Positions 40,378 through 53,299 of a stretch of DNA of 64,000 bases are shown here, piece by piece. The position numbers were made by a program, and so were the translations under genes. Location: NCBI GenBank assembly GCA_951406725.2, contig OX597827.1, forward strand, positions 51,646,001 through 51,710,000. The letters are read 5' to 3'. The stretch is from Octopus vulgaris. Lineage: Eukaryota. Within the stretch, counting starts at the first letter, position 1, and each line of letters begins with the position of its first letter. The notes beneath the pieces were generated by a model. It was not told the origin of the DNA, made no database searches, and saw nothing but the letters and a program-made list of their open reading frames with translations.

Positions 40378-40915
40378 GGCGGCGAGCTGGCAGAATCGTT
40401 AGCTCGGAAGGCGAAATGCTTAGCGGCATTTCGTACGTCCTCACGTTCTCAGTTCAAATTCCGCCGAAGTCGACTTTACTTTTTTATTCTTTTACTTGTA
40501 AGCCTTGTACTTATTCTATCGGCCTCTTTTGCCGAAGCGCTAAGTTACGGGGGCGTAAATACACCAGCATCGGTTGTCAAGCGATGTTGGGGGGACAAAC
40601 ACAGACACACAAATACACACACACACATACACACACACACATATATATACGACGGGCTTCTTTCAGTTTCTGTCTACCAAATCCACTCACAAGGCTTTGG
40701 TCGGCGCGAGGCTATAGTAGAAGACACTTGCCCAAGGTGCCACGCAGTGGAACTGAACCCGGAACCATGTGGTTCGTAAGTTAGCTAACCCAACCCTAAC
40801 CACACAGCCACTTTCAGTATCAATAAAATAAGTACTAGTTGAGTACTGGCTTGATGATTACATCGACTTACTCAGCCCCCAAAACTGCTGGCCTTGTGCA
40901 AAATTTTGAAATGAA
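40378..40915. mobile_element. SINE A (+) interrupted by SINE B (-, ~40485-40812)
   Basis: A head ggcggcgagctggcagaatcg and core up to gtcgactttac, then reverse B, then A resumes at aaaataagtactagttgagtactgg. Confidence 0.8.
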
Positions 40916-41406
40916 TATCGATGACTTTAGAATTGGAAACGTTTAGACCTTTTTATACTGGAGGTAAATATACAGTCCGGATTCTCTCGGTGATGATAAA
41001 ACTCGGAACGGAAAAGAAATGGAAAGATATAACATTTTCCAGGAGAAAAAGAAGAGTTGCCTCCCATGAAATTCATTCCACTTCTTAATTAAAGTGTTCT
41101 TTTTTTTTTCCTGACTTATGGGTAAGTAACTGATCATTTATGTGTGCGCAAGTGGGTGTGTTGATGATTATTCAGCAGCACGGTCGTTGACATCTAGTAT
41201 GGTTGATATATAAATCGACCAGGAACAGATTAGCCTATTTACATATCAACAAGATATGCCTTAGAAAAGTAGTGAAAGACACCTTCAGCGTCTTCTACAG
41301 AAGGAATATAAGCTAAATATCTACCAAGAGTTATGTCAGGTATATTAGTAGATAGATGCTGGTTTAGTTTAGCTAAGCGAGATATTAATATTACACAAGA
41401 TTAAAG

Positions 41407-41850
41407 TGGCGAGCCGACAGAATCGTTAGCAAACTGGGCAAAATGCTTAGCGGCATTTCATACATCTTTATGTTGTGAGTTCAAATTCCGCCGAGGTCGA
41501 CTTTGCCTTTCATCCTTTCGGGGTCGAGTAATGGGGTCGATGTAGTCACATTACTCCGTCCCCCGAAATTGCTGGCCTAGTGCCAAAATTTGAAATCAGT
41601 GTTACACAAGATTAATGTGAAGGTGCGTGGTTAGAGTTGTTGCACTCATGATCGTGAGACCGTGGTTTTGTTCTTGAGTAAAACAGTTCCCGCTGTTCCA
41701 GTCCACTTAGCTGTAAATGGGTAACCCTGCGGTAGACTAGCCTCCCGATTAGAGAGAAATGTTGGCTTGCTCACCTAGCCAGCGGGGTGGCATCGTTGAA
41801 AGCTAAAACGATGCGAAGTGCATTGTGACCAACGACGTGTAACAATATCT
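41407..41850 (+). mobile_element. SINE A followed by a third tRNA-SINE type
   Basis: 41407-41600 family A; 41620-41850 gaaggtgcgtgg...cactcatgatcgtgag...gtccacttagctgtaaatgggtaacc. Confidence 0.7.
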
Positions 41851-41865
41851 GTCTGTCAGTCTTGC

Positions 41866-41904
<39 letters not shown>

Positions 41905-42149
41905 AGAGAGAGAGAATGGGGTAAGTGGAATTAGATGGACTTCGTTTGATACTAATAAAGAAACTGAAAGAGAATCTTTTGTATTTGTTCTCGTCTTTAA
42001 AATCCTCACTTGTTTCAAAGAATTTAATTTGTTTAGTAAATACTTCGGTCAGAGTAGAAAGTGATCGGAGTTGGACAAGAAATAATTCACATGTTTCAAT
42101 ACGTACAAGGTGCTTGGGTTAAATTTGACTGTTTATATAAAAAGAAAAG

Positions 42150-42540
42150 AAAACCAATATCTCGCCCGAAAATAAAAGTATTTTTAAAAAATCACTTATT
42201 GCATGCATTCCTCATTATGTCCCTGGTTTCAATCTTCCTTGATCTTGGCCTCCGACTCGGCCTTCGTACAGTAGGTAGAGCAGTTGTTTCCTTTTTCTAT
42301 CGCGCACCACACAGTGTAATCAATGGGATTACAATCGGGGGAATCAGGAAGCCAGAAATAGGGGCTAGTGAAGTCGTAGAAATTCTCTAACAATCACTTC
42401 AGACTCTTTCCGGCGGTATGGCAAGGAAGGAATCCTGCTACCATACATGTGGCCTTCCAGCAGCAACCCTCTCCAGCCAGGGTTTGACCACAGTTTCCAG
42501 CAGCTTCACATAGACGTCTGAATTGAGCCTAAGACCCTAT
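42150..42540 (-). pseudogene. Tc1/mariner transposase C-terminal fragment
   Basis: Minus strand LNSDVYVKLLETVVKPW, YVW.QDS, SPYFWLPDSPDCNPIDYTVW (SPDxNPI motif). Confidence 0.65.
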
Positions 42541-45500
42541 CCTACAGTTGATGGATGAACTCCAGTGTGCAGACTCAGTCAAAACGCCTGTCGTATCCCT
42601 TCCGGGAATCAACCAAACTTTACCTGCTAGAAATAGCAACCCAAATACTTTTAAATCAGATCCCAATGCTGAATGTTCAAGAACCAAATGAAAGGCAGAT
42701 TTTCAATCCCTGGATCATCCTGATTCCAAAAAGGTATAATATGTCTATGTAGAGCAAATGTAGACTGAGATACAGGGGTCCCAGACGGACAGAATTTCAC
42801 TTTTATTTTTATAGATAGTATTTCTATGTAATGACATATCTGTTTGGCAAATATTGTTTATCTTCCCACATATTACTTTAAACGTAACCGACGAAGAAAT
42901 CGGTTCGCTCACTTCTCTAAAACCAACCATTCTTCATCTCAAGCTGTTGCAAAAAAAAAAAAAAAAATAATAATAAGATCTATAGAAAATGTCAGTTTCA
43001 AAACCTGAAAAAAACATCAGCGCCAAGTTCAGTGAATATGACATTAAAAGGATAATTTGTCTATTTTCTCTCTACACTTGATTAGTATTACACTGAGTCT
43101 CCTGATCAATTGAAAGGGAAGCGTCCATCTAATCCTTTATATGATAGTGCACGCAATCATATAAAGGATTAGAAGGGCGTTTCTCTTTCAAGGGAAGCAT
43201 CCTTTCAAGTGGGTGCTGCAAAGATGCTGGCTTTGAGTAAAAGAAAATACAGGACGAATAGTAAATTATGATTTTATTTCACATATTCACCCCTCAGATT
43301 CACACGCTTATTGCAGCAGTCCTTTAGTTTTTCTAACCCCTGAAATAACTTAGAAGGTTGGACCTTTCGCAATACCCTCAAAACCAGGAACTTTGCAGCT
43401 ACTCCTCCCCTCGTACAATGGTCCGGTACCATCGGTCTACGTCGAAGGTGCATTTATCATCAGTTTCCTACACCACTCTTTGAAATTCGTGCCTGTTCAG
43501 ATCGGGCTTGACACTAAATTGAGAGACAAAGCAGCGACAATGATACTGGTGAGCATCCTTAATGAAGCCCCACAAGGCAATCCTGAATTTCTAGTTAAAA
43601 TATGCCTTCATTTCAATCAGACGTGATGCCATCATTCATTCAATGAGGCTTCCAGAGTTTTGCCACTTTGCCTGAAAGGGCTATCAAAAGTCTTCTTCTA
43701 TGGCAGCCAATACATTCTTTCTGCTTCGGGAGTTTAACAGGGCGACCAACTTGGTTTACTCAGGCTATCGTTGATATTTCTTGGCTGGGGTGTGATCTGG
43801 ATTTTAATGTCTGATATCTTGATAACTTTTGCTTAGGGTACCTCCAGAGAGGGTCTTCGCAATGATTGTGGAACTTAGTCGTAGAAGTTTTGAAGCAAAT
43901 GGTTCTGCATACAAACTGGATACTCAACTATTCATTTTCGCCCCATCAGAATATGTCGTTCTAATAGCTATATTTTACCCCTCCTTCGTGGTCCTTCCTC
44001 TATCGATATGGTAATCCGTTGAATCCTTAATTCCCGATCTCGCTTTCGAACCCACCTTCCTTTCTAAGGTTATTCAAGCAATTACTTAAAAACATCAGTA
44101 TAATGGAATCCTTTCAAGACTTTTTTTTTACTCTTAGGAATTAGTTATCTTTCTCTGATTTAATTTACATTCTAAAGGACAGTATCGCATTTAGATTTTT
44201 GCAGAGTTTGGATCTCTTTGACAATTTTATTTATGAGAAATCCGAAAGCTTGGTCAATACCAAGCTCTCTTCAGTCTCCACTTTATTTTTCTTAACTTGC
44301 TGAGTTTGGAGGTGGGGACAGAGCCCCTGACCCTTGTATGTTTATACCATGTCCATAGACAGGAAATTTCGATAGATAGCACATTAAACACGGCACAAGT
44401 ACTAGTAAATTTAGGGGATTTGTGATTTTGGGTTCTTGTTTTGAGTGAAGTGATGTGAATGGACAAGTTTAATATTATTGTTTCAGTGACACGTCTAGCT
44501 TTTTCTAAAGGTCAGGCAACGTTGACCAAAAATAAACACTCCTCTTTACCCACTCGTTTCTTCTTCTCTTCTATTCATTGCCTGTTCCTCATTGGGGGCA
44601 ACATTCTCTCCTTTCCAAAATGGACTAGTCCCAACAGAGAGATGAATGTAGTTCTACAAATGTAACGGGAGCTTGGATTGTTAGTACCAGAGCAAGATAA
44701 AAATGTTTGGCGCCAATTTACAGTTAAAGCACATTTCCGACTCTCCTTTTGATCAATCTGAACAATACACAAAGTTACTTTCAGTGAGTGCCAAATTTTC
44801 TGAAGATTGCGTGTTGATGTTTTGCCTGCGGTAAGCCTCGATTGTTTATTAACCAGATAAGCTCAATCGCCCTCAAAGTCAGAGTTTATGCACGAGGTGA
44901 AATGAAATAGTCCTTGTGGTAAACTCCTCGATTCTAGATGTCTTCGTGAATTATCGTGTTGAGCAACTGAATACCAGTTGATTTGATTGTCACAAGGAGA
45001 TAGTTGTAATCATTAAACGGTCCTTAGCCCGAATAATTATTCCTTTAATTCTGGAACCAGTGGAATTCCCTTGGAACTATGGAAGAAATCCCACAGACTC
45101 ACTCTTTAGGCCTGGATTAGAGGTAGATGTCTCATTTAGAACACCACCGTTTGCGGTTCTTTTGCTCTAATACACGTCATTTATATTACTGCAGAGGTGG
45201 ATGGATGGGATTACTGCAACTGTAGCTGAATGGAAAAGATATAGAAATACTGTAACTTGTTGATGGTAGATTACATTTCTGGCCAATGGTTTTTGAGACA
45301 TTCATGGGAACTGGAACGATAACACAAAAGTATCGTTAACGTCGCCTCAGGAATGTATCAAATGATGATTGGGTGGTTGCCTGGATATTGCACTGCCTCA
45401 GCATTGTAATCAGTCTCTTTAATACAGTAGGTCGTCTCCAGACTTTTCAGAAGGGAATACCAATTGCTTGGAGCGATGTATAACTGAGGGAGTGTCCATA

Positions 45501-46651
45501 TCTCTCTATTTGTTTTTCTCATTTCTTGTTTTTTTAAAAAAAATTTTTCCTCCCATTTTCTTACTGTTTCTTTCTCTGACCTCCTTTCATTATTTTCACT
45601 AAATTGTTTTCTTTGTAATATTCCCAAATGAAATAAACTTCCATTTAAAAAAAAAGTTCTTGTGTTGAAAATAAGCATTTTTCTGGCATGTGTGTCAGCA
45701 ACCTCCCTAACTCACACGCGCACACACCCACACACACACATGCACACGCACGACACACAATTTTGAATACATGTCATTTTAAACGCCACATGACGTTGTA
45801 ATTTGCTAACTAAACCAGCAGTTCTCAAGATGTCAAATACTAGCGCCTACGAGCCAAAATATTAATCTTTTTGTCCCTTCTCACTTTATTAAAATGACGA
45901 ATTGCATCTATGTAGAGAAGTTTAATAAGTTTTTAAACTATTTCAATTTCATCAACCGTAGCAATACGTCCGCCCTCATTTCAATCCTCATAGCCCCCTC
46001 CCATTAAAGAAACTTAAGTAGACAACCTGTTCGCTGGAGAATGTTGAACTGCCAACATTAAAATAACACTCAGGAAAAAAAGCTTTCGCACCTGCTTTAG
46101 ACTCTAAAACTTCGAAACATTAGACATTTCGCTTTTAACTATTTTTTTTGCATTTGCTACACTCAGTTCAAATCTCATTGTTTCTAGTTCACTATTTGTT
46201 TTAATTTAACCTCAAAACCCCATTCCCCTCCCCCCTTTCTTTTTTTTCTCTTTGCTGCTCCAGATCTCTGTTTACTTCTGAAATTCATTCTTCTACTATT
46301 TCACACACTGGCTTAATGATCACTTTTTTTCGTAGCTCTCTGTAACTCTCAAATGTCTCACACTGACCTTCCTGTCTCTTCCTTTTTCTGTCAATCAGTG
46401 TCAGTGACTAAACGGCAACTTTCCATGCGCACACACAACCACGTATCATACACCCAGATAAATATGCTGAAATACGCTTAAATATCTTTATCTACGTAGT
46501 GAAATAGTTAAAACAAGTTGACAACAAAAACAAGCATACATCTACAGAAACACACACGCACATATATTTATATATGTATATTTCCTTTTTTAAACAGTAA
46601 ACTATAAAAAGTAGAAAACCGAACACACACACATTTTATTCCAGTTTAGTC

Positions 46652-46720
46652 ATGAAAAACTCAGTCCATTCGGTGGAAGTAATCGACGTTGAAAAACGTC
46701 GTTCCCCTGGTAAACATTAT
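46652..46720 (+). CDS. SH3PXD2: SH3 and PX domain-containing protein 2 (Tks5/Tks4-like), coding exon 1
   Basis: ATG...TAT|gtaagt encodes MKNSVHSVEVIDVEKRRSPGKHY, matching the Tks5 N-terminus VVDVEKRRNPSKHY; consensus donor, phase 0. Confidence 0.92.
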
Positions 46721-46965
46721 GTAAGTATATTGCATGAGTTTTTGTATATATCTAGCTGATCATAAATGTGCTTCTTTTCTTTGGAAATTAATTTCATAAT
46801 AGTTTATTGTCACTATTTGAACTTCAAATTAGATGTCTGTCCACACACGTAGCTATTATATATTACGCACACACACATATATTACAATATGATATATTAC
46901 ATATATAATGTATATAAATAATATATATATATCTATCAATTTGTCTATAAATATTTACTTATGTA

Positions 46966-47032
<67 letters not shown>

Positions 47033-47041
47033 TATATATAG

Positions 47042-47135
47042 TCTCTGGATCTCTTCTGTTGACTATATGTGTGTGTGTGTTTGAGTGTGTGTAAATATAT
47101 ATATATATATATAGTCAACAGATGAGATCCAGAGA
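47042..47135. repeat. Short inverted repeat around a microsatellite
   Basis: tctctggatctcttctgttgactatat / atatagtcaacagatgagatccagaga. Confidence 0.8.
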
Positions 47136-47355
47136 AAACACTTTGTAGCGCTCAAATGGTTCAAACTTACTCTGATATTCTGACGGGGCACCAATTCTGC
47201 GGGACAAAGAGTGGTTATAAGAGGAATCAAGATGAACAGATATGGACGTAATTATGCGGATAAACAAATTAAATATACCAGATTCGGTTTCATATACAAA
47301 ATATAATTATATATGTATACATGTAAACAGAAAGTAAGCTAAGACATGTAGGTAC

Positions 47356-48252
47356 GTGTGTGTGTATGTATATATATGTATGTATATATGTATGTATGTA
47401 TATATATGTATATATATATATATATATGTATGTATATATATATGTATGTATTCATATGTATGTATATATATATATATGTATGTATATATATATGTATGTA
47501 TAAATATATGTATGTATATATATATATATATGTATATATATGTATGTATATATGTATGTATATATATATGTATGTATATGTATGTATATATATATATATG
47601 TATATGTATGTATGTATATATATATATGTATATATATATATGTATGTATATATATATATGTCATCATCATCATCATCATTTAGCGTCCGCTTTCCAGCCT
47701 AGCATGGGTTGGACGGTTCAACAGGGGTCTGGGAAGCCAGAAGGCTGCACCAGGCCCAGTCTGATTTGGCAATGTTTCTACAGCTGGATGCCCTTCCATA
47801 CGCCAACCACTCCATGAGTGTAGTGGGTGCTTTTTACGTGCCACCGGCACAGGCGCCAGACGGGGCTGGCGAACGGCCACGGTCGGACGGTGCTTTTTAC
47901 ATGCCACCGGCACGGAGTATGTATAGATATGTATGTATATATATATATATATATATAGTTGCTATGCCAATGTCATAATTCAAAACTAACAGCGAAAATT
48001 TTATATGCAACTCGCTTATAGGTTAAATGAGGCATGCTTGCCTTTACTGCCGAAACAGCTGTCAGATATGATATAATTACATATTATATTTTATATTTTA
48101 TATTTCTATTTCCTCGTCTAATTATATTTACAATATATTTTGTATAATGCCTTTACTGTTATGTAATACTGTAATAAAGTATTGATTGGGTATCATCTGT
48201 TGGTTGATGTTTGATTGATTTAAGTATGTTTCTCCATTTTCTAATTTTGTAG

Positions 48253-48287
<35 letters not shown>

Positions 48288-48332
48288 ATATATATGAACG
48301 TGTGTATATATATGTATACATATATATGTATG

Positions 48333-48368
<36 letters not shown>

Positions 48369-48386
48369 TATATATGTGTATGTATG

Positions 48387-48432
<46 letters not shown>

Positions 48433-48446
48433 TGTATTTATATATG

Positions 48447-48493
<47 letters not shown>

Positions 48494-48758
48494 GTATGTA
48501 TGTATGTATGTATATATGTATGTATATATGTATATATATATATATATGTATTTTATATATGTATGTGTATGCATTTACATATATGTTTGTATGTTTATGT
48601 ATATATATATATATGTATGTGTTTATATATGTATATATATATATATGTATATATGTGTGTGTTATATATATATGTATATATATATGTATGTGTGTATATA
48701 TATATGTATATATATATATATGTATATATGTATGTGTCTATATATATATATATATGTA

Positions 48759-48812
<54 letters not shown>

Positions 48813-49154
48813 TATATATGTATATATGTATGTTCTCTCTCTCTCTCTCTATATATATATGTATATTCGCCTGGCACCTGTGCAGGTGGCACGTAAAAAG
48901 CACCCACTACACTCACGGAGTGGTTGGCGTTAGGAAGGGCATCCAGCTGTAGAAACATTGCCAGATTAGACTGGAGCCTGGTGCAGCCTTCTGCCTTCCC
49001 AGATCCCCGGTCGAACCGTCCAACCCATGCTAGCATGGAGAACGGACATTAAACGATGATGATGATGATGATGATATGTATGTATATATGTATATATATG
49101 TATGTATGTGTATATATCTATGTATGTATATATATATGTATGTATATATATATG

Positions 49155-49198
<44 letters not shown>

Positions 49199-49269
49199 AA
49201 CAAATTCAAAATGCGATAAAATAAAATTAATTATTATCGTATGTATGTACGTATACATATGTCTGTATG

Positions 49270-49304
<35 letters not shown>

Positions 49305-49364
49305 ATATCTATATCTATCTATCTATCTATATATATATATATATATATATATATAGATAGATAG

Positions 49365-49396
<32 letters not shown>

Positions 49397-49405
49397 GTAT
49401 GTATA
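47356..49405. repeat. Compound (TA)n/(TATG)n microsatellite field with RTE-tail copies at 47660-47915 (-) and 48870-49075 (+)
   Basis: Read directly; the copies share gtccaacccatgc and a (gat)n tail. Confidence 0.9.
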
Positions 49406-49637
49406 TTAATATTAGGGAAGTTATTTCCGAGTCCACAGGGGAAAGAAGTTCAATTTAGTAGCACTAAAATGAATTACTGTATTATATACATATACATAGA
49501 TAGGTTTAAGAGACAGAATCACTCTCAAGCAACTCAATCATCATTGAAAGACATTATCCGTGATAGGTACATATAGGACTAAATTAAAAATATTATTAAA
49601 ATTAATATCTACAATTCTTATTCTAAATCATTACATT

Positions 49638-49749
49638 ATATAAACTACATGCGTTTCATGGTAACATATTCCTCAATATTGCTGAAGTAGAAAGTCTTGA
49701 AATACAATACCATATTAAAACAATATATTGCCAATCTTCAGGTCTAGAT
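49638..49749 (-). ncRNA. Type-I hammerhead-like motif in a Penelope-type terminal repeat
   Basis: Minus strand atctagac-CTGAAGA-ttggcaatat...atgttaccat-GAAAC-gcat-GTA-gtttatat. Confidence 0.65.
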
Positions 49750-50326
49750 TATATGAACTTCTTTTGCTACTTACATCCTATATAAAGACATGGCAAACTA
49801 AAATTATATAACTAGAAGTTGTCGGAATAATTTTACTTTAGTAAATAAGGAACAGAAATGTGGAATAAAAATAGGAAACGTTAGGAAAAAGATGTATTAA
49901 CTTATCTGTATACATACATATACATACATACATACATACATTTTTTCTCTGCTCTAAGGCATTTTTCTAACACGCCAGCTCAAAGTTTACTTGTCCTGTC
50001 GAAAGACGCCTGTCTGTGACGTCCTGTTTTTGTTATTATTATTATCATTATTGTTTTTACGTATTTTTGTATTCTTATTCGTGTAACATAGTCCGTTTTT
50101 CCATCCTTGTTTTGTATACATTCGAGGTTTTCTTCTAAGGAATCTAATGCACTTGGCTTAGATTTTCCTTTGGGGCTGGCCAGATCAGAGCAATCTCAAG
50201 ATTAATCAGCCAAAATTGCGAGGATGATCCAGTTCTTGACTGAAGATTGAAGGCTTCGAATGTCCTGTCCGCGTTTTTTGTATCGTCTTCTAAATGTTTT
50301 GCGTTCTTGTCCCAGTTTGTATTTTT

Positions 50327-50372
<46 letters not shown>

Positions 50373-50540
50373 CATATGCCGGTGGCACGTAAAAAGCACC
50401 CACTACACTCATGGAGTGTTTGGCGTTAGGAAGGGCATCCAGCCATAGAAACATTGCCAGATCAGACTGGACCCTGCACCGTCCAACCCATGCCAGCATG
50501 GAAAGCGGATGCTAACCGATGATGATGATGATGATGATGA

Positions 50541-50585
<45 letters not shown>

Positions 50586-50766
50586 CATATACATATATAT
50601 TACCATAGAGATATGCTAATAGTTCTTCTTCCTAACATTTCTTATTTTTATTCCACATTTCTGTTCCTTATTTACTTAAGTAAAATTATTCCGACAACTT
50701 CTAGTTATATAATTTTAGTTTGAAATGTCTTTATATAGGATGTAAATAGCAAAAGAAGTTCATATA

Positions 50767-50879
50767 ATCTAGACCTGAAGATTGGCAATATAATCGTTTT
50801 AATATGGTATTGTATTCCGAGACTTTCTACTTCCGCAATATCGAGGAATATATTGTCATGAAACGCGCGTAGTTTATAT
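50767..50879 (+). ncRNA. Type-I hammerhead motif with minimal stem III and a palindromic GCGC loop
   Basis: atctagac-CTGAAGA-ttggcaatat...atattgtcat-GAAAC-gcgc-GTA-gtttatat; predicted cleavage after 50871. Confidence 0.75.
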
Positions 50880-51138
50880 AATGTAATGTATATGATTTAG
50901 AATAAGAATTGTAGATATTAATTTAAATAATTTTTAATATTTAGTCCCATATGTACTTATCAGGCCCAATAATAGAAGAGATGGCAGCATGGTTTTCCGT
51001 CCCAACATCCGAAACTAGGATTTTTATCATAGCTACCGAATAATTATCACATATAATATTTACAGATAAATTCCTCTATTGACATAATATCAATGTCTCT
51101 TTCATTCTTTTGTTGTCTTACCATTTCTATCAATATGC

Positions 51139-51186
<48 letters not shown>

Positions 51187-51213
51187 ATGTGTGTATATAT
51201 ATGTATCTGTGTC

Positions 51214-51266
<53 letters not shown>

Positions 51267-51289
51267 GTATATATATATATATATATGTA

Positions 51290-51351
<62 letters not shown>

Positions 51352-51409
51352 CTTGAGATATGGGTGTGACAAAATGTTTGAACTCTTAAATATATTAATT
51401 TGTCACTGA

Positions 51410-53280
51410 TGGAGAACTGAGAAAGTGCCTCAAGACTGGATTGATGCCATTTTAGTCTCCTTGTATAAATCAGGGCCAAAGGATCTGTGTGGTAATTTTC
51501 GTGGGATTTCACTTTTGTCTGTGGCTGGAAAGGTACTTGCCCACATTTTGTTAGAACGTTTAAATACCTTCATAGTTCCAAATATAGTGCCTGAGTCTCA
51601 GTGTGGTTTTCGTTCCTCCAGGGGCACAGCTGATTGTATCTTTACTATCAGACAATTACAAGAAAAGTGCATTGAACAGAATCTTGCTCTATACCATTGC
51701 TTTGTTGATTTGAGCTAAGTATTCGATACTGTTAATCGAAATGCTCTGTGGCTAATTCTAAGGAAAATAGGTTACCCAGAAAAATTTGTAAATATGATTA
51801 GGGCTTTGCATCAAGATATGAAAGGTAGAGTTAACTTTGGTAGTAGGCTCTCAGAATCTTTTGCCATGGAAAATGGAGTAAAGCAAAGAGACCTTGATGC
51901 ACCCATCCTCTTTGCAATATACTTTGGTATTGTGTTGTCACATGCTTTTCAAAACTCCGAGGAAGGTATTTACATCAAATATCGAACAACCGGGAATGTT
52001 TTTAATCTGAGCAGACTGAAATTCAAAGCGAAGGTTTTACTTCACTCATTAGGGAACCTTTGTATGCTGACAATTGCGATCTTGTCAGTCATTCTGTAAT
52101 AGGTCTGCAATCTCTTGTATGTGCATTTGACTCAGCTTGTGATGATTTTGGCTTGACCATCAACTTGAAAAAAACAGTTGTAATGCAAAGACCTGCATGT
52201 GGTGTTGTTTGTAACCCCACCTAAAATTTTTGTTAATGGTAAGTTACTTGAGGTTGTCGATTTGTTCATCTACCATAGAAGTTCTGTACAAAATGATGGA
52301 AATCTTGATACAGAAATACAGTTGCGAATTTAAAGGGCAGCAAAAGCATTTGGTGGCTTGGATTCATGCGTCTGGTGCCAGCGACATATAAATAAGAATA
52401 CAAAGCTGGCTCTTTACAAATCATTTGTCTTACCATCTCTGTTGTATTCTTGTGAAACATGGACTTGTTATGAAAGGCATTTTAAATAGTTAGAATAATT
52501 CCGCCAAAAATGCCTTCATCGCATTTTAAACATTAAATGGAGTTCTTTTACTCCAAACACAGATATCCTTGCATCTTCAGGCATCACCTCAATTAAAGCT
52601 ATGATTTTGAGGAACCAAATGAGTTGGTGCTGCCATATTGTTCGAATGGCAGATGAATGCATGCCGAAACAGCTGTTTTATGATGAGCTTGCAGAGGGGA
52701 AACACTATTGGTGTAAACCTAAAAAAAAAGCTTTAAGACAGCATAAAGACTACTATGAAGTCGCTTGAAATGGATCCAGAAGACATAGAAACCCTTGCTT
52801 TGGATTAAGTTGGATGGTGAATAAACATGTGGAAAGCATTTGAAGAGGCCAGGATATCGCATGTAGAACTCAAAAGAGATCTAAGGAAGAATGTTACAAT
52901 TGAGAAGGTGAATGACAATGACCTTTTTGTATGCACAGTATGTGACAGACCATGCCTGTCTTTTGCTGGGCTCAAATCTCATCTGCAAACCCATGGAAAA
53001 CGAGCCTCCACCACTATTCTGCCTATATGTCTGTGCGCACCTTTGCATGCAGTGTATGCCAGAAGGTTTGCAAATCGAACGGAGGCCTCAAAAGACATTT
53101 TAAGATCCATAAAGATCAGAACTTATCCGCAGTTCTTGGTGGTCCAAACGGGATGTGCAATCAATATGGGTATCTTTTCAGAACATTGTCTGGTTTAAGA
53201 AGCCACGTCAGATGCCATGATGGTGCTAAGGTGTAGGTACAGGAGGTGGTCAAACTCTGCATAAAGAGTAGACAACCACC
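51410..53280 (+). pseudogene. 5'-truncated RTE/BovB-clade LINE (RT plus C-terminal Zn fingers)
   Basis: [41 protein letters not shown] (~52060), LYSCETW, MPKQLFY; stops and frameshifts. Confidence 0.93.
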
Positions 53281-53299
53281 ATGTATATATATATATATA

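Noticed and set aside
52662-52680. gccgaaacagctgtt resembling a hammerhead 3' half
   Set aside because: It is RTE coding sequence (MPKQLF) with no properly paired stem II or stem I
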